Assembly: GCA_038143065.1 (NCBI GenBank)
Contig: JAYQLI010000035.1
Coordinates: 2,432,894 to 2,496,893 of the forward strand
Reading direction: 5' to 3'
Source of the DNA: Rhodospirillales bacterium
GTDB lineage: Bacteria; Pseudomonadota; Alphaproteobacteria; Bin95
DNA: 64,000 nucleotides
Below the pieces are notes generated by a model. The model was not told the origin of the DNA, did not search any database, and saw nothing but the letters and a program-made list of their open reading frames with translations. How positions within the stretch are numbered: the stretch's first letter is position 1; each line of letters opens with the position of its first letter. This document shows positions 9,756 to 19,680 of the stretch, in pieces. A program made the position numbers and the translations under genes.

Positions 9756-9792
9756 ATGTAGCAGATTCACAGGCGAACCCATTCTGCTACAT
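9756..9792. repeat. 10-bp inverted repeat with 17-nt spacer in a divergent intergenic region
   Basis: ATGTAGCAGA (9756-9765) / TCTGCTACAT (9783-9792), followed on + by TGGTTTTT. Confidence 0.7.
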
Positions 9793-10017
9793 TGGTTTTT
9801 ATGCGTAACCCCTAGTTTTGCTGGGTGCCGTATGTGAGGGGAAGATCATAGCACGTGTTCTTGTCCTTCAATAGAGAGTGTTGCAGCAGTTGGAAATTTG
9901 GGTCCAAGTTAGATTGTTCGAATGGCCCTAGATTCTGTTTGTTGGAGCGTAAACAGCGATGAAGTCGTTTAGAAGTCTCGATGTAGGCTAATTTTAATCC
10001 GGGGTAACTCGAAAGCT

Positions 10018-11804
10018 ATGATAGCTTCCTTGCCAAATAAGAACAGAAATTTGCCGTTCAAAACGGATGGTTTTAGGACTGTGTTGGAAGCCCTGGACTA
10101 TGCAGCGGCGGGAGAAACAGGCTTCAGCTACTACACTCCACGTGGTGACTTATCAGACACCCTGACTTTTAGTCAGCTGCGTGAACGCTCCTTGGATTTA
10201 GCCCAACGTCTGGTCGGTGCAGGGTTAAAGAAGGGTGACCGGGTGGCAATGATAGCCGAGTCCACTCCAGATTTTTTCACCTTTTTTTATGGTTGTCAGT
10301 ATGCAGGACTAGTTCCGGTGCCGCTTCCCTTTCCAATGCATCTTGGCGGCAAAGAAGCTTATATTGCTCAGCTATCGCGGATGATGCAGAGCGCTCGAGC
10401 AGCTGCAGCAGTATCATCTGAAGAGTTAGTTGATTACTTGCGGCAAGCTACAGCTGGGTTACAGACCCCTATGGTTGGCACTCACGTAGACTTTTACCGA
10501 TTACCTGAAAGCAAAACGCCTCTTCCTCGAATAACTGAAGATGATATCTGTTACATTCAGTATTCCTCAGGAAGTACTCGTTTTCCTCACGGAATAGCCG
10601 CATCTCACAAATCAGTGACGGCCAATTGCTCTGGAATTCTCAATCATGGCGTCAAGGCGCGTCATGGGGATCGTTGCGTGTCATGGCTCCCACTTTACCA
10701 TGATATGGGACTGGTGGGTTGCTGTCTGAGCCCAACGTATGCGCAGATGTCCACTGACTTTATCGCTACACCTGATTTTGCTCGCCGCCCTTTGATTTGG
10801 CTGAAGGTCTTATCAGAAAATAAAGGCACAATTTCATTTAGTCCTACTTTTGGATATGACATTTGCCTCCGGCGTGCGGCTCGAGCTCGTTCGGATGAAT
10901 TTGATTTATCTGCTTGGCGGGTTGCGGGGATAGGCGCAGAAATGGTTCGCGCTGACATTTTGGCCCGATTTGCTGAAACCTTCGAACCCAGCGGATTTAA
11001 TTCAAAGGCATTTCTTGCAAGTTATGGGCTAGCAGAGTCGACCCTGGCAGTCACTTTTCGGAAATCGACACAGGTATTGAAGTCGATGCCATTGTGAAGC
11101 GCGATTACTCTCTGACTGGGCGTGCAAGGCCAGGGCAGCCTGCAAATGACGCATTGGAAGTTAGACCTTTTACGTTTTGTGGGAAGATATTGCCGAACCA
11201 TGAGCTGGCAATCCGAGATAATGAGGGTAACGACTTAGCCGATCGGTTGATTGGTAGAGTGTACGTGCGCGGTCCGAGTGTTATGAATGGTTATTTTGGG
11301 GACCCTGCTGCTACAAAAAGAGTGCTTTCCAAGACAGGTTGGTTAGATACGGGGGACATGGGTTACACCGTAAATGGTAACCTCGTGATAACTGGTAGAG
11401 GCAAGGACTTAATAATTTACAATGGCCGTAATATATGGCCGCAAGATATCGAGTGGGCGGTTGAAGGCCTCGAGGGCTTGAGGCGAGGGGACGCAGCAGC
11501 GTTTTCCGTAGAAGACCAAGATGGCGCTGAGGAAGTGGTTGTTGTCGTGCAATGTCGTGCGATTGACACAGACACTCGTGAACAACTTGAGCGTGAAATT
11601 GCTGCTCAGACGCGTTTAATAGCGGGCGCTGATTGTAAAGTTGTTCTTGCACAACCTAGAAGTTTACCGATGACTTCTTCAGGAAAGCTCAGCCGCACAG
11701 CAGCAAAAGCTAATTATCTTGCAGGACATTATTCACCTCAAAGCACAAGTGCTGCGCTCCGAACTGCCTCGTCCGCTACAATGTTAGCAGTGGCCAGAGA
11801 TTAA
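10018..11804 (+). CDS. Fatty acyl-AMP ligase / acyl-ACP synthetase of the sphingolipid cluster (AasR-like), one frameshift
   Basis: YIQYSSGSTRFPHG, SWLPLYHDMGLVG, SYGLAESTLAV, DTGDMG, TSSGKLSR. Adding one T to the run at 11055-11058 joins ORFs 10018..11097 and 11094..11804. Confidence 0.88.
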
Positions 11805-11809
11805 AAAAA

Positions 11810-12754
11810 CTGGCTAGTAAGCTATCAAAATCCCCTCTTTTAGCCCTGACAGGCGCTACGGGTTTTCTTGGGGGGCAAATAGCAAGTGAAGCAAAGATCC
11901 ATGGTTGGCGTGTGCGAGCTCTTGTCCGTGACTCTGGACGATCCCTTTCCCCTAACTTCGATGAATTTATAGTTGGAAATCTTTCCGACCAAGATGCGCT
12001 TATGCGGCTTGCTGATGGAGCAGATGCGTTCGTTCATAACGCAGGTGTAGTTCGTGCGAAAAATAGATCTACTTTTCTTTCTGTAAACAGAGATGGCTCA
12101 ACCAAAGCTGCTCGGGCCTGGCGAGCACTGGCAAGCCCAAATTTACCATTTGTACTGATTTCGTCGCTTGCTGCTAACCTTCCTCAAATTTCACCTTATG
12201 CTGAGAGTAAAGCAGGAGCAGAAGCGGAAATTGCGAAAATGCTTGCTGGTCGGTCTTTTGCTATTTTGCGCCCACCAGCGATTTATGGTCCCGCAGACTT
12301 AGCAACAAGACCATTCTTCCGCGCTCTAGCTAAGGGAATAGTTCCTTGCATTGGCCCAAGCGATGCAAAATTTTCTATGATCTATGTACAGGATGCCGCT
12401 TCTGCTGCATTAGCTGCTCTAGATGCTGCCAGTTCCATTGGTCCAGTGTTCGAAATAGATGACGGTTCTGGCGGGTATACTTGGAATGATGTAGTCCGCG
12501 CGGCGGAAGGCATATCAACAGGGCGAGTACGTCGGTTGTCCATACCAAACGCTATTTTGACCATAGCAGGGACTTTAGGATCCTTTGCTGCTGTGACTGG
12601 TTTATCAACGCCTTTTCTAACCCGTAACAAAGCTCGCGAAATTATGTTTGGTGATTGGCGCGTCAATCCGGCGCGGCGTTTGCCCAACTGGAAGCCCCAT
12701 ACTTCATTAGAAACGGGTTTCAGAAAAACGCTTGAGTGGTATAGAGCTCATTAG
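11810..12754 (+). CDS. NAD-dependent epimerase/reductase (extended SDR), CerR-like ceramide reductase candidate
   Basis: In-frame Rossmann motif LTGATGFLGG upstream of the ORF-track start; HNAG, ISSLAA, YAESK, RPPAIYGP. Lies between the acyl-ACP synthetase and the ACP, as cerR does in Caulobacter. Confidence 0.75.
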   Translation: MASKLSKSPLLALTGATGFLGGQIASEAKIHGWRVRALVRDSGRSLSPNFDEFIVGNLSDQDALMRLADGADAFVHNAGVVRAKNRSTFLSVNRDGSTKAARAWRALASPNLPFVLISSLAANLPQISPYAESKAGAEAEIAKMLAGRSFAILRPPAIYGPADLATRPFFRALAKGIVPCIGPSDAKFSMIYVQDAASAALAALDAASSIGPVFEIDDGSGGYTWNDVVRAAEGISTGRVRRLSIPNAILTIAGTLGSFAAVTGLSTPFLTRNKAREIMFGDWRVNPARRLPNWKPHTSLETGFRKTLEWYRAH

Positions 12755-12810
12755 TGACGATGTTAGCGGTTTGTGTTTGGGCAACAGACTAAGTTTTGGG
12801 AGTGTAGTTT

Positions 12811-13059
12811 ATGAGTGATGTTGATCAGAAACTAATTTCTGAAATAGGCGAGATGCTCTCTGGACTTAATAAAGCTGGCATTGAAATTTCGGCAGATACT
12901 GATTTTAACGCTGATCTCAATGTTGATTCAGTAGCGGTTATGGATTTTGTCTTAATGGTAGAAGACAAGTACGATATTTCAATTCCTATTAATCTACTCA
13001 GCGAAGTCAGTACCGTAGGACAATTCGCCCAAGTTGTAGCAAAAGCCCGCGCAGATTGA
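12811..13059 (+). CDS. Acyl carrier protein (AcpR-like, SPT-dedicated)
   Basis: 82 aa, acidic, DLNVDSVAVMDFV phosphopantetheine site; 6 nt upstream of spt. Confidence 0.92.
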   Translation: MSDVDQKLISEIGEMLSGLNKAGIEISADTDFNADLNVDSVAVMDFVLMVEDKYDISIPINLLSEVSTVGQFAQVVAKARAD

Positions 13060-13065
13060 ACCGGA

Positions 13066-14247
13066 ATGGATCTATTCGACAAATTTCAGCCTCTAAAAGA
13101 GGCGTACGTTGCTTTAACAGCTGGTGGTGGTGATCCATTTGGCGTTGCTTTTGACAATATCTTATCACCTACGATTGGTCTTATAGGTGATCGAGAAATC
13201 GTGCTGGCGGGTACAAATAATTATCTTGGTTTAACTTTTGACGAGGCCGTGATTTCAGCGGCAAAGCATGCTTTAGAAAGATTTGGCACCGGAACAACTG
13301 GTTCCCGCATAGCTAATGGGACTTTTGGTCCCCATCGTTTGCTCGAGCAAGAAATGGCAGCCCACTACGGCATGTCATCTGCGCTTGTGTTCACTACTGG
13401 CTACCAAGCAAATTTATCTGTCGTGGCCGGCCTTGCCCAAAAGGGTGATCAAGTATTCATTGATGCTGATTGTCACGCTAGTATTTATGACGCCTGTCAG
13501 CTTTCAGGCGCCGAAATTATCCGCTTTGCCCACAACGATCCATCTTCTCTTGATCGTCGTCTAAGCCGCTTAGATCCTAACCAGTCCAACAAACTCGTAA
13601 TTGTCGAAGGCCTGTACAGCATGTTTGGCGATATAGCCCCGATTGACGAATTCGTTGAAGTTAAGAATCGACATAAAGCATATCTTATGGTTGACGAAGC
13701 TCATTCGTTTGGTGGATTTGGAGAGCAGGGACTCGGTGTAGCAGAAGAGCGTGGTGTCCTGAAGAAATCCGATTTTTTAGTTGGGACTTTTTCAAAAAGC
13801 CTTGCAGGGATAGGTGGGTTTGCCGTTTCCGATCATCCTGATTTTGATCTACTTAGAGTGGCCGCGCGTGCTTATATGTTCACAGCATCTTCTTCCGCAG
13901 CAAGTATTGAGGTGACAAGAGCTGCTTTGAAGATAATCTCCGACAGACCTAGCTTGCGCAAAAATTTATGGGACAATGCTCACCAACTACATGCTGGCCT
14001 CAAATCGGTAGGTTTTGAACTGATGGCTGATCCAAGCCCTATTGTTGCAGCTGATCTCGGAAACCCAATGCGCGCTGCCAAGGCTTGGAATGTCCTACTG
14101 CAATCTGGTGTGTACGTGAATCTTGCTATTCCTCCTGGGACTCCAAACAGTAAGAGTTTGCTAAGGTGCTCGGTATCTGCAGCGCATACTTCAGAACAGA
14201 TTGACTTCATCGTCGATTGCTTTGCAAAAGTGGCCCAACTGGACTAG
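13066..14247 (+). CDS. spt: Serine palmitoyltransferase (alpha-oxoamine synthase, PLP)
   Basis: GTNNYLGL, GSRIANGT, TTGYQANL, DADCHASIYD, DEAHS, GTFSKSL (PLP Lys), YMFTAS, VNLAIPPGTP, LLRCS closely follow recalled Sphingomonas SPT; acp immediately upstream. Confidence 0.88.
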   Translation: MDLFDKFQPLKEAYVALTAGGGDPFGVAFDNILSPTIGLIGDREIVLAGTNNYLGLTFDEAVISAAKHALERFGTGTTGSRIANGTFGPHRLLEQEMAAHYGMSSALVFTTGYQANLSVVAGLAQKGDQVFIDADCHASIYDACQLSGAEIIRFAHNDPSSLDRRLSRLDPNQSNKLVIVEGLYSMFGDIAPIDEFVEVKNRHKAYLMVDEAHSFGGFGEQGLGVAEERGVLKKSDFLVGTFSKSLAGIGGFAVSDHPDFDLLRVAARAYMFTASSSAASIEVTRAALKIISDRPSLRKNLWDNAHQLHAGLKSVGFELMADPSPIVAADLGNPMRAAKAWNVLLQSGVYVNLAIPPGTPNSKSLLRCSVSAAHTSEQIDFIVDCFAKVAQLD

Positions 14248-14301
14248 CCCAGACTGATAAAAATTCATAAATGGTTTACGATCACTCGTGTTTCCGCATT
14301 A

Positions 14302-14336
14302 TTTTGTTTTGTTTGTGTCACAAACTCAAAGCAAAA
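14302..14336. repeat. Imperfect inverted repeat between spt and the MFS gene
   Basis: Core GTTTGTG-T-CACAAAC (14311-14325) flanked by TTTTG.../...CAAAA. Confidence 0.5.
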
Positions 14337-14401
14337 GTAATTTTAGTTTGACGCAATAATAATTCAGTCAGCATCAAATTTCATACTAATAGAATTAGTG
14401 C

Positions 14402-15633
14402 ATGCCGATCTTAAAATTTTTGACTGCAAACAGTTCCTGGCTTGGCGCCGGAGTTTTGATGACCTTAAGTTCATCTTTTGGTCAAACATTTTTATTTCCG
14501 TATTTGCGGGTGAAATTCGTGCGGAATTTAATCTTTCCCACAGTGATTGGGGTAATGCGTACACAATTGGCACGTTGGCTTCTGCCGCCATAATGATAAT
14601 GGTTGGACCATTAGCGGATCGTATAAAAGTTCGGAAACTCGCAGCTTTCGTGATAGTTGGACTGGCTGGAATGTGCTGCGCTATGGCGGTTTCTAGTGCT
14701 GCTTGGCTTCTGCCGGTTATCATTTGTGGTCTTCGCTTTTTTGGGCAGGGGATGCTGACGCATATCCCAGCAGTAGCTGTCGGGAGATGGTTTCGTGCAA
14801 ATAGAGGTCGTGCAATTTCCGTAGTATTTCTTGGGCACTCACTCGGCCAGGCTTTATTCCCTGCGGTTTTTGTTGTGGTGATGTCTATTAGTAGTTGGCG
14901 TTCAGCATGGTTATTAGCATCTCTCTTTCCGTTAATAGCTTTGCTGCCTTTGTTACTCTTGTTGAAACATGAGCGTCAGCCGCAACAAATTGCTTTGGAA
15001 CAAGGCAGCGCCGGCATCCTAAATATGCACTGGAACCGGAAACAGGTACTTCGACATTGGCTTTTTTGGGCAACGTTTCCAGGATTTCTTGCCCAGCCAA
15101 TTTTTTCGACTGCTTTGGCCTTTCAGCAGGTCCACTTATCAGAAATCAAAGGTTGGAGCCACGCGGGTTTTGCTAGTCTTTTCGCCGTAATGACTATGGC
15201 AAATATTTTTGGCTTGTGGGTGGCTGGTGGCGCGATAGATCGTTTTGGGGTGGCACGTATTTTGCCTGTTATGCTGCTTCCAGCTGCTGCTGGTTATGCT
15301 TTGATCGCAAATGTAAGTGGACTTGATGGGGCAGCAGTAGGTATGGCACTTGTTGGGCTCTCTACAGGCGTGATTGCCGCAGTAGGTGGCGCATACTGGC
15401 CTGAGATATATGGGACCAAATATCTTGGTTCAATTAGGTCAATGGCGACGGCTATAATGGTTTTTGCAACCGCTTTGGGTCCTCTTGTAACGGGTTATTT
15501 AATAGATGCCGGAGTTGATTTACGTGACCAATTATTTGGTATTTCGATCTTATCGATTTTAGCATCATTCAGCCTTGGCCTGGCTATATGGCACGCATGG
15601 CCATTGCTTCGGCCTTTAGCGTTCCAAAAATAA
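14402..15633 (+). CDS. MFS transporter, frameshift near the N-terminus
   Basis: ATG 14402 frame (MPILKFL...SSSFGQTF) joins the 14398 frame (FISVFAGEIRAEF) at a T-run near 14490; GPLADRIKVR, RFFGQG; about 12 TM segments. Confidence 0.85.
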
Positions 15634-16478
15634 ACAACACTGTGCATTAGATACAGCGTGTCGTGTTACACCTCCAAGGATCATTTGCCTGATTCTACTT
15701 TGTGTGTAGGCGCCCATCACAATAAGGTCAGCTCCGAAATTATCCGCCGCATTTAGTAGGTTTTGTCCAATCTCGATTGGGGAATCTCCTGGCAGCTCTT
15801 TACATTCTGACGATATATTGCGCCAAGCTAAACGCTCCTCAACTTTTTTAGGCTCGCTACTCCGTCAAGCCAGCCTGGCATAGATACTATTTCGACAGCT
15901 GAGGCAGTTTCTAAAAAGGGCATTGCGGAAGCAATGGCGCGGGCACATTCCGCGCCGCCATTCCATCCAATTAAAATTCGTTCTCCTACCGAGGTTGGAG
16001 TTTGAGGTGGAGCGAGAACAACGGGTAGGCCACCTTCAAAAACTAATGCCTCAAACATGGCAGTTGTTGAGGCCTCAGCGTTAGCTTGAGGTCTTGGTGC
16101 GACTGCTAAATCAGCAGTACGCGCCCAAACTGCAGCTCGTTCATCATCGCGTCCATTGTCTTCCCGCCATGCTACGCTTAAGCCAGCGGAAGGAATTTCA
16201 ACAATAGAAACACCACTAGATTTAGTTTTGGAGTCGAAAAGTTCTTGTGCCGCTAATTGCCGTTTACCACTATCTGTAGCGGCGGCTGAAACTACCTCAT
16301 CAACTAGTGAGCCGGACAGGCCTTCTCCAACATAGGGAATGATCTGCCTAGGGTCAGTTGTTACATGTAAAACATCAAGGTGGGCTGAGAACTTTTTTGC
16401 AATCAGCAGAGCCGCATCCATTGCGGAACTTCCAACTTTTGCATCACTCAACGGTGCTAGGATAGACGCATACGTCAT
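15616..16478 (-). CDS. Tandem-domain universal stress protein, frameshifted
   Basis: MTYASILAPL start at 16478, ILIGWNGGAECARA; C-terminus in another frame: ADLIVMGAYTQSRIRQMILGGVT. Confidence 0.8.
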
Positions 16479-16566
16479 TTTCACCTCTGCCAAAAAGCAT
16501 AGATTTGAAAGAGATATTGGAGGATTTTTATTTAAATTGACAGAGTGGTTATTAGAGGCACTGGCA

Positions 16567-17158
16567 TCAGGGAAACAGTCTCTGTGTGCGCCAGAGGCCA
16601 TCCTCGAAAAAGTATACAATACGATCGTGTAGCCTAAAGGCACCATCCTGCCAAAATTCTATACGCCTTGGCTGTACACGGAAGCCAGACCAATCCTTTG
16701 GGCGGGGGGGGGTCTTGTCCTTCGAAACGTTTTTCTAGCTCAGCCACTCTAGCTTCCAAAACAGCACGACTTTCCAAAGGTTGCGATTGGTCAGATGCCC
16801 AAGCTCCAATTCGGCTTAGACGTGCTCTAGAAGCGAAATATGCATCAGCCTCGGCATCGGTTACTTGGCTGAGTGGCCCCTCTACCCGAACCTGCCGACG
16901 AAGAGATTTCCAATGAAAAAGGAGGGCAACATTTGGGTTTTCAGTTATCTCTGATGATTTTCTACTGCCCAGATTGGTATAGAAAACAAAGCCGCGCTCA
17001 TCATGACCTTTCAAGAGAACCATGCGAACAGACGGTTGACCTTCCGAGTCAGCCGTTGCAAGCGCCATGGCCGTAGGGTCATTTATTTCGTTTGCTTCTG
17101 CCTCCGATAACCATTCTTCGAATAAAGTGTGAGGATTTTCTTTGATCATGCCGTCCAT
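16567..17158 (-). CDS. pdxH: Pyridoxine/pyridoxamine 5'-phosphate oxidase, frameshifted
   Basis: [34 protein letters not shown]. After the G/C run near 16701-16712 the shifted frame gives [24 protein letters not shown]...RLFP*. Confidence 0.93.
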
Positions 17159-17215
17159 TTAATTTGGATCCTTGAAAGAGCCGGTGATCAAATATTTAGG
17201 ATTAAAATTATTGCC

Positions 17216-17984
17216 CTAGGATGCGACGAAACCGCCATCTACGTTGTAATTGGACCCAGTCACAAACGAAGCTCTATCTGATGCCAGCCAGCAAACCATC
17301 TCAGCAATTTCGCGGGGCTGTCCCATCCGTTTAGCTGGCACGCGAGATAATACTTGCTCGCCACGTTGCGCCATTGTTTCTCTTGTCATATCGGTCTCTA
17401 TGTAGCCCGGGCATACCGAATTCACTCTGATATTATCTGAAGCGTATTCAATGGCAGCCGTTTTTGTGAGGCCGACAACCCCATGTTTTGCAGCGACGTA
17501 CATGGATGTGAAAGCTAGTCCAGCTAGACCAGCAATTGAAGCCGTATTTATAATTGATCCGCCATTTCCTGCAGCTGACATGGCTCTCAATTCTGCTGCC
17601 ATGCAAGCCCAAACACCCTTCAGGTTAATGGCAAGCATCTTGTCGACGGAATTCAGGCCAATCTCCAGTGCGCTTACCCTGCGCACCAATTTGATAAGGG
17701 GCTATACCAGCATTATTGAACGCACAATCAATTTTGCCAAACGAGTTAATGGTAAAATCAACTAACGTATTTACTGCTTCAGTGTTAGTTACGTCACACC
17801 GCTTGCTGAGGGCTTGTCCGCCTTGTTTGTTGATAAGTGCAACGGTTTCCTCTGCACCTTCAATATTTAAATCGGAAACAACTATTTTGGCGCCTTCTTC
17901 TGCAAACAGCAGTGCCGTCTCTCGCCCAATACCTCGCGCTCCACCCGTAATGAGTGACACCTTTCCTTCAAGCATTCCTGTCAT
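17216..17984 (-). CDS. Short-chain dehydrogenase/reductase (classical SDR), frameshifted
   Basis: TGGARGIG, FNNAGI, YVAAKHG, RVNSVCPG, VDGG across ORFs 17625..17984 and 17216..17689. Confidence 0.88.
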
Positions 17985-18005
17985 AATAAAAACACCATAT
18001 TCCGC

Positions 18006-18890
18006 CTAGTTTTTTAGTCCAAGAATTGAAGTTGCCATTGCTCGAGGATCACGAGTTGGCCAGGTGCCAGCGTCCACTTCGGCAAGGAAACGGTCAACAA
18101 TTGAGTTAAAGGCTTGAGGATCTTCAATGTTTATTGTGTGGCCACAGTTTGGCATCACGGCTAATGCAGCTGTTGGAATAGACTGTTTCATCATGATGCC
18201 GGGCAAAAGGCATGGCCAATCTTCATCACCTGTTAAAATAAGAGTTGGTGTTGTTATCTCGGCCATTTGCTCTTGAAGCTCAAAAAGACTTGGTCTTTCT
18301 CTTTGAACCCCAAGCATCGTACGACCGGCCCCTTCCGTGGAGTGCTCGGCTAGCTGCTCCTTAAATTCCTGGAATCCCCTTGGGTTTTTGTTCAAGAACT
18401 GCACGCGGGTTGGACCCATGGAATAAGCTTCAGCAAAAGCTTGCGCCCCGTCTTCTTCAATAAGTTTAGCGGTTGCAGCAGTCTCTTCCCGGAACTGCTG
18501 GCGTTTTTCTGGCTCCGCGCCATAGCCGCAGCCAGCTACAGTGATCGAATGAGCTCGGTTACCATGCGCTATTCCAAAGTGCAGAGCTGCAAAGCCCCCC
18601 ATAGAGAGGCCCACTATGTGTGCCTTTTCTATTCCAGCAGCATCCATCACAGCTATAATATCATCTCGAGCAATTTCCTGGCTGTACTGGCCTGCAGGTG
18701 GAACATCTGAGGGGGTAGCCTCGGCTTTTGCATTATAGGAAACGCAATGATATCGCCTGCCGAAATGGCGCATTTGCGGTTCCCAGGCTCGCATATCACC
18801 TGCAAATTCGTGGACGAATATTATTGCCCGTCCCTCTCCAGTTTCTTCGTAATAAAGTTTGACATTATCAGAGGCGACGGCGCTGGGCAT
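18006..18890 (-). CDS. Alpha/beta-fold hydrolase
   Basis: FVHEFAGD, GLSMGG nucleophile elbow, GDED, CGHTINIE. Confidence 0.88.
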   Translation of the reverse strand: MPSAVASDNVKLYYEETGEGRAIIFVHEFAGDMRAWEPQMRHFGRRYHCVSYNAKAEATPSDVPPAGQYSQEIARDDIIAVMDAAGIEKAHIVGLSMGGFAALHFGIAHGNRAHSITVAGCGYGAEPEKRQQFREETAATAKLIEEDGAQAFAEAYSMGPTRVQFLNKNPRGFQEFKEQLAEHSTEGAGRTMLGVQRERPSLFELQEQMAEITTPTLILTGDEDWPCLLPGIMMKQSIPTAALAVMPNCGHTINIEDPQAFNSIVDRFLAEVDAGTWPTRDPRAMATSILGLKN

Positions 18891-18959
18891 ATTAATTCCC
18901 TTCTTTTAGAGCTAAACAACGTGAGAGTCTTTTTGTACAGACCTAAATATATTCGATCA

Positions 18960-19517
18960 TTATCCTGAAAGTTTTCCGCGCTGAGGAACTGTTTCTTTTA
19001 GCCTTGGCATAATTTCTACAAAGTTACATGGCCTGAAGCGATTATCGAGCTGGTATGCTAGGATTTCATCCCAGCCATCTTTGCAGGCGCCTGTAGATCC
19101 GGGTAAGGCAAAGAGATAAGTCCCTCCAGCAACACCAGCAGTTGCACGAGATTGCATCGCTGACGTGCCAATTTTTTGAAAACTAATCCAGCGGAATGCT
19201 TCACCAAAACCATCGATACGTTTTTCAAAGACTTTCTCAAAAGCTTCTGGTGTCACATCTCTCCCTGTGACACCAGTGCCGCCAGTTGAAATGACACAAT
19301 CTACTTCAGCATTAGCAATCCACTCTTGAAGCTGGCTTTCAATTAAGGCTGCATCGTCAATAATGATTTTCCGATCGATGATGAAATGTCCGGCAGCCTC
19401 AGCTCGTTCCACGAGAACCGTGCCTGAGGCATCAGTCTCTAAGGTGCGCGTATCTGAGATTGTCAGGATAGCAATATTTACCGGTACAAATGGGCGCTCT
19501 TGGTCTAAGCCAGGCAT
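18960..19517 (-). CDS. moaB: Molybdenum cofactor biosynthesis protein B
   Basis: AILTISDTR, STGGTGVTGRDVTPEA, GFGEAFR, QSRATAG, LPGSTGA. Confidence 0.93.
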   Translation of the reverse strand: MPGLDQERPFVPVNIAILTISDTRTLETDASGTVLVERAEAAGHFIIDRKIIIDDAALIESQLQEWIANAEVDCVISTGGTGVTGRDVTPEAFEKVFEKRIDGFGEAFRWISFQKIGTSAMQSRATAGVAGGTYLFALPGSTGACKDGWDEILAYQLDNRFRPCNFVEIMPRLKETVPQRGKLSG

Positions 19518-19680
19518 CGATTGCTTTCCTTAGTCAATTTGTAATTGTTATTTTCAATGTAAAAGGTGGGTCAGTTTATTGGTGTATGCAAGCCCCGATC
19601 AATAAAGATAGTACCGGCCTAAATTTAGCCGCTTAATATTAGAGGCTATGGCATTATGCGTGTTTTTGAAGGTGTTTTCT

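Noticed and set aside
13066-14247. bioF or a PKS/NRPS-like secondary metabolite cluster
   Set aside because: No other bio genes and no ketosynthase or condensation domains; motifs and gene order fit SPT.
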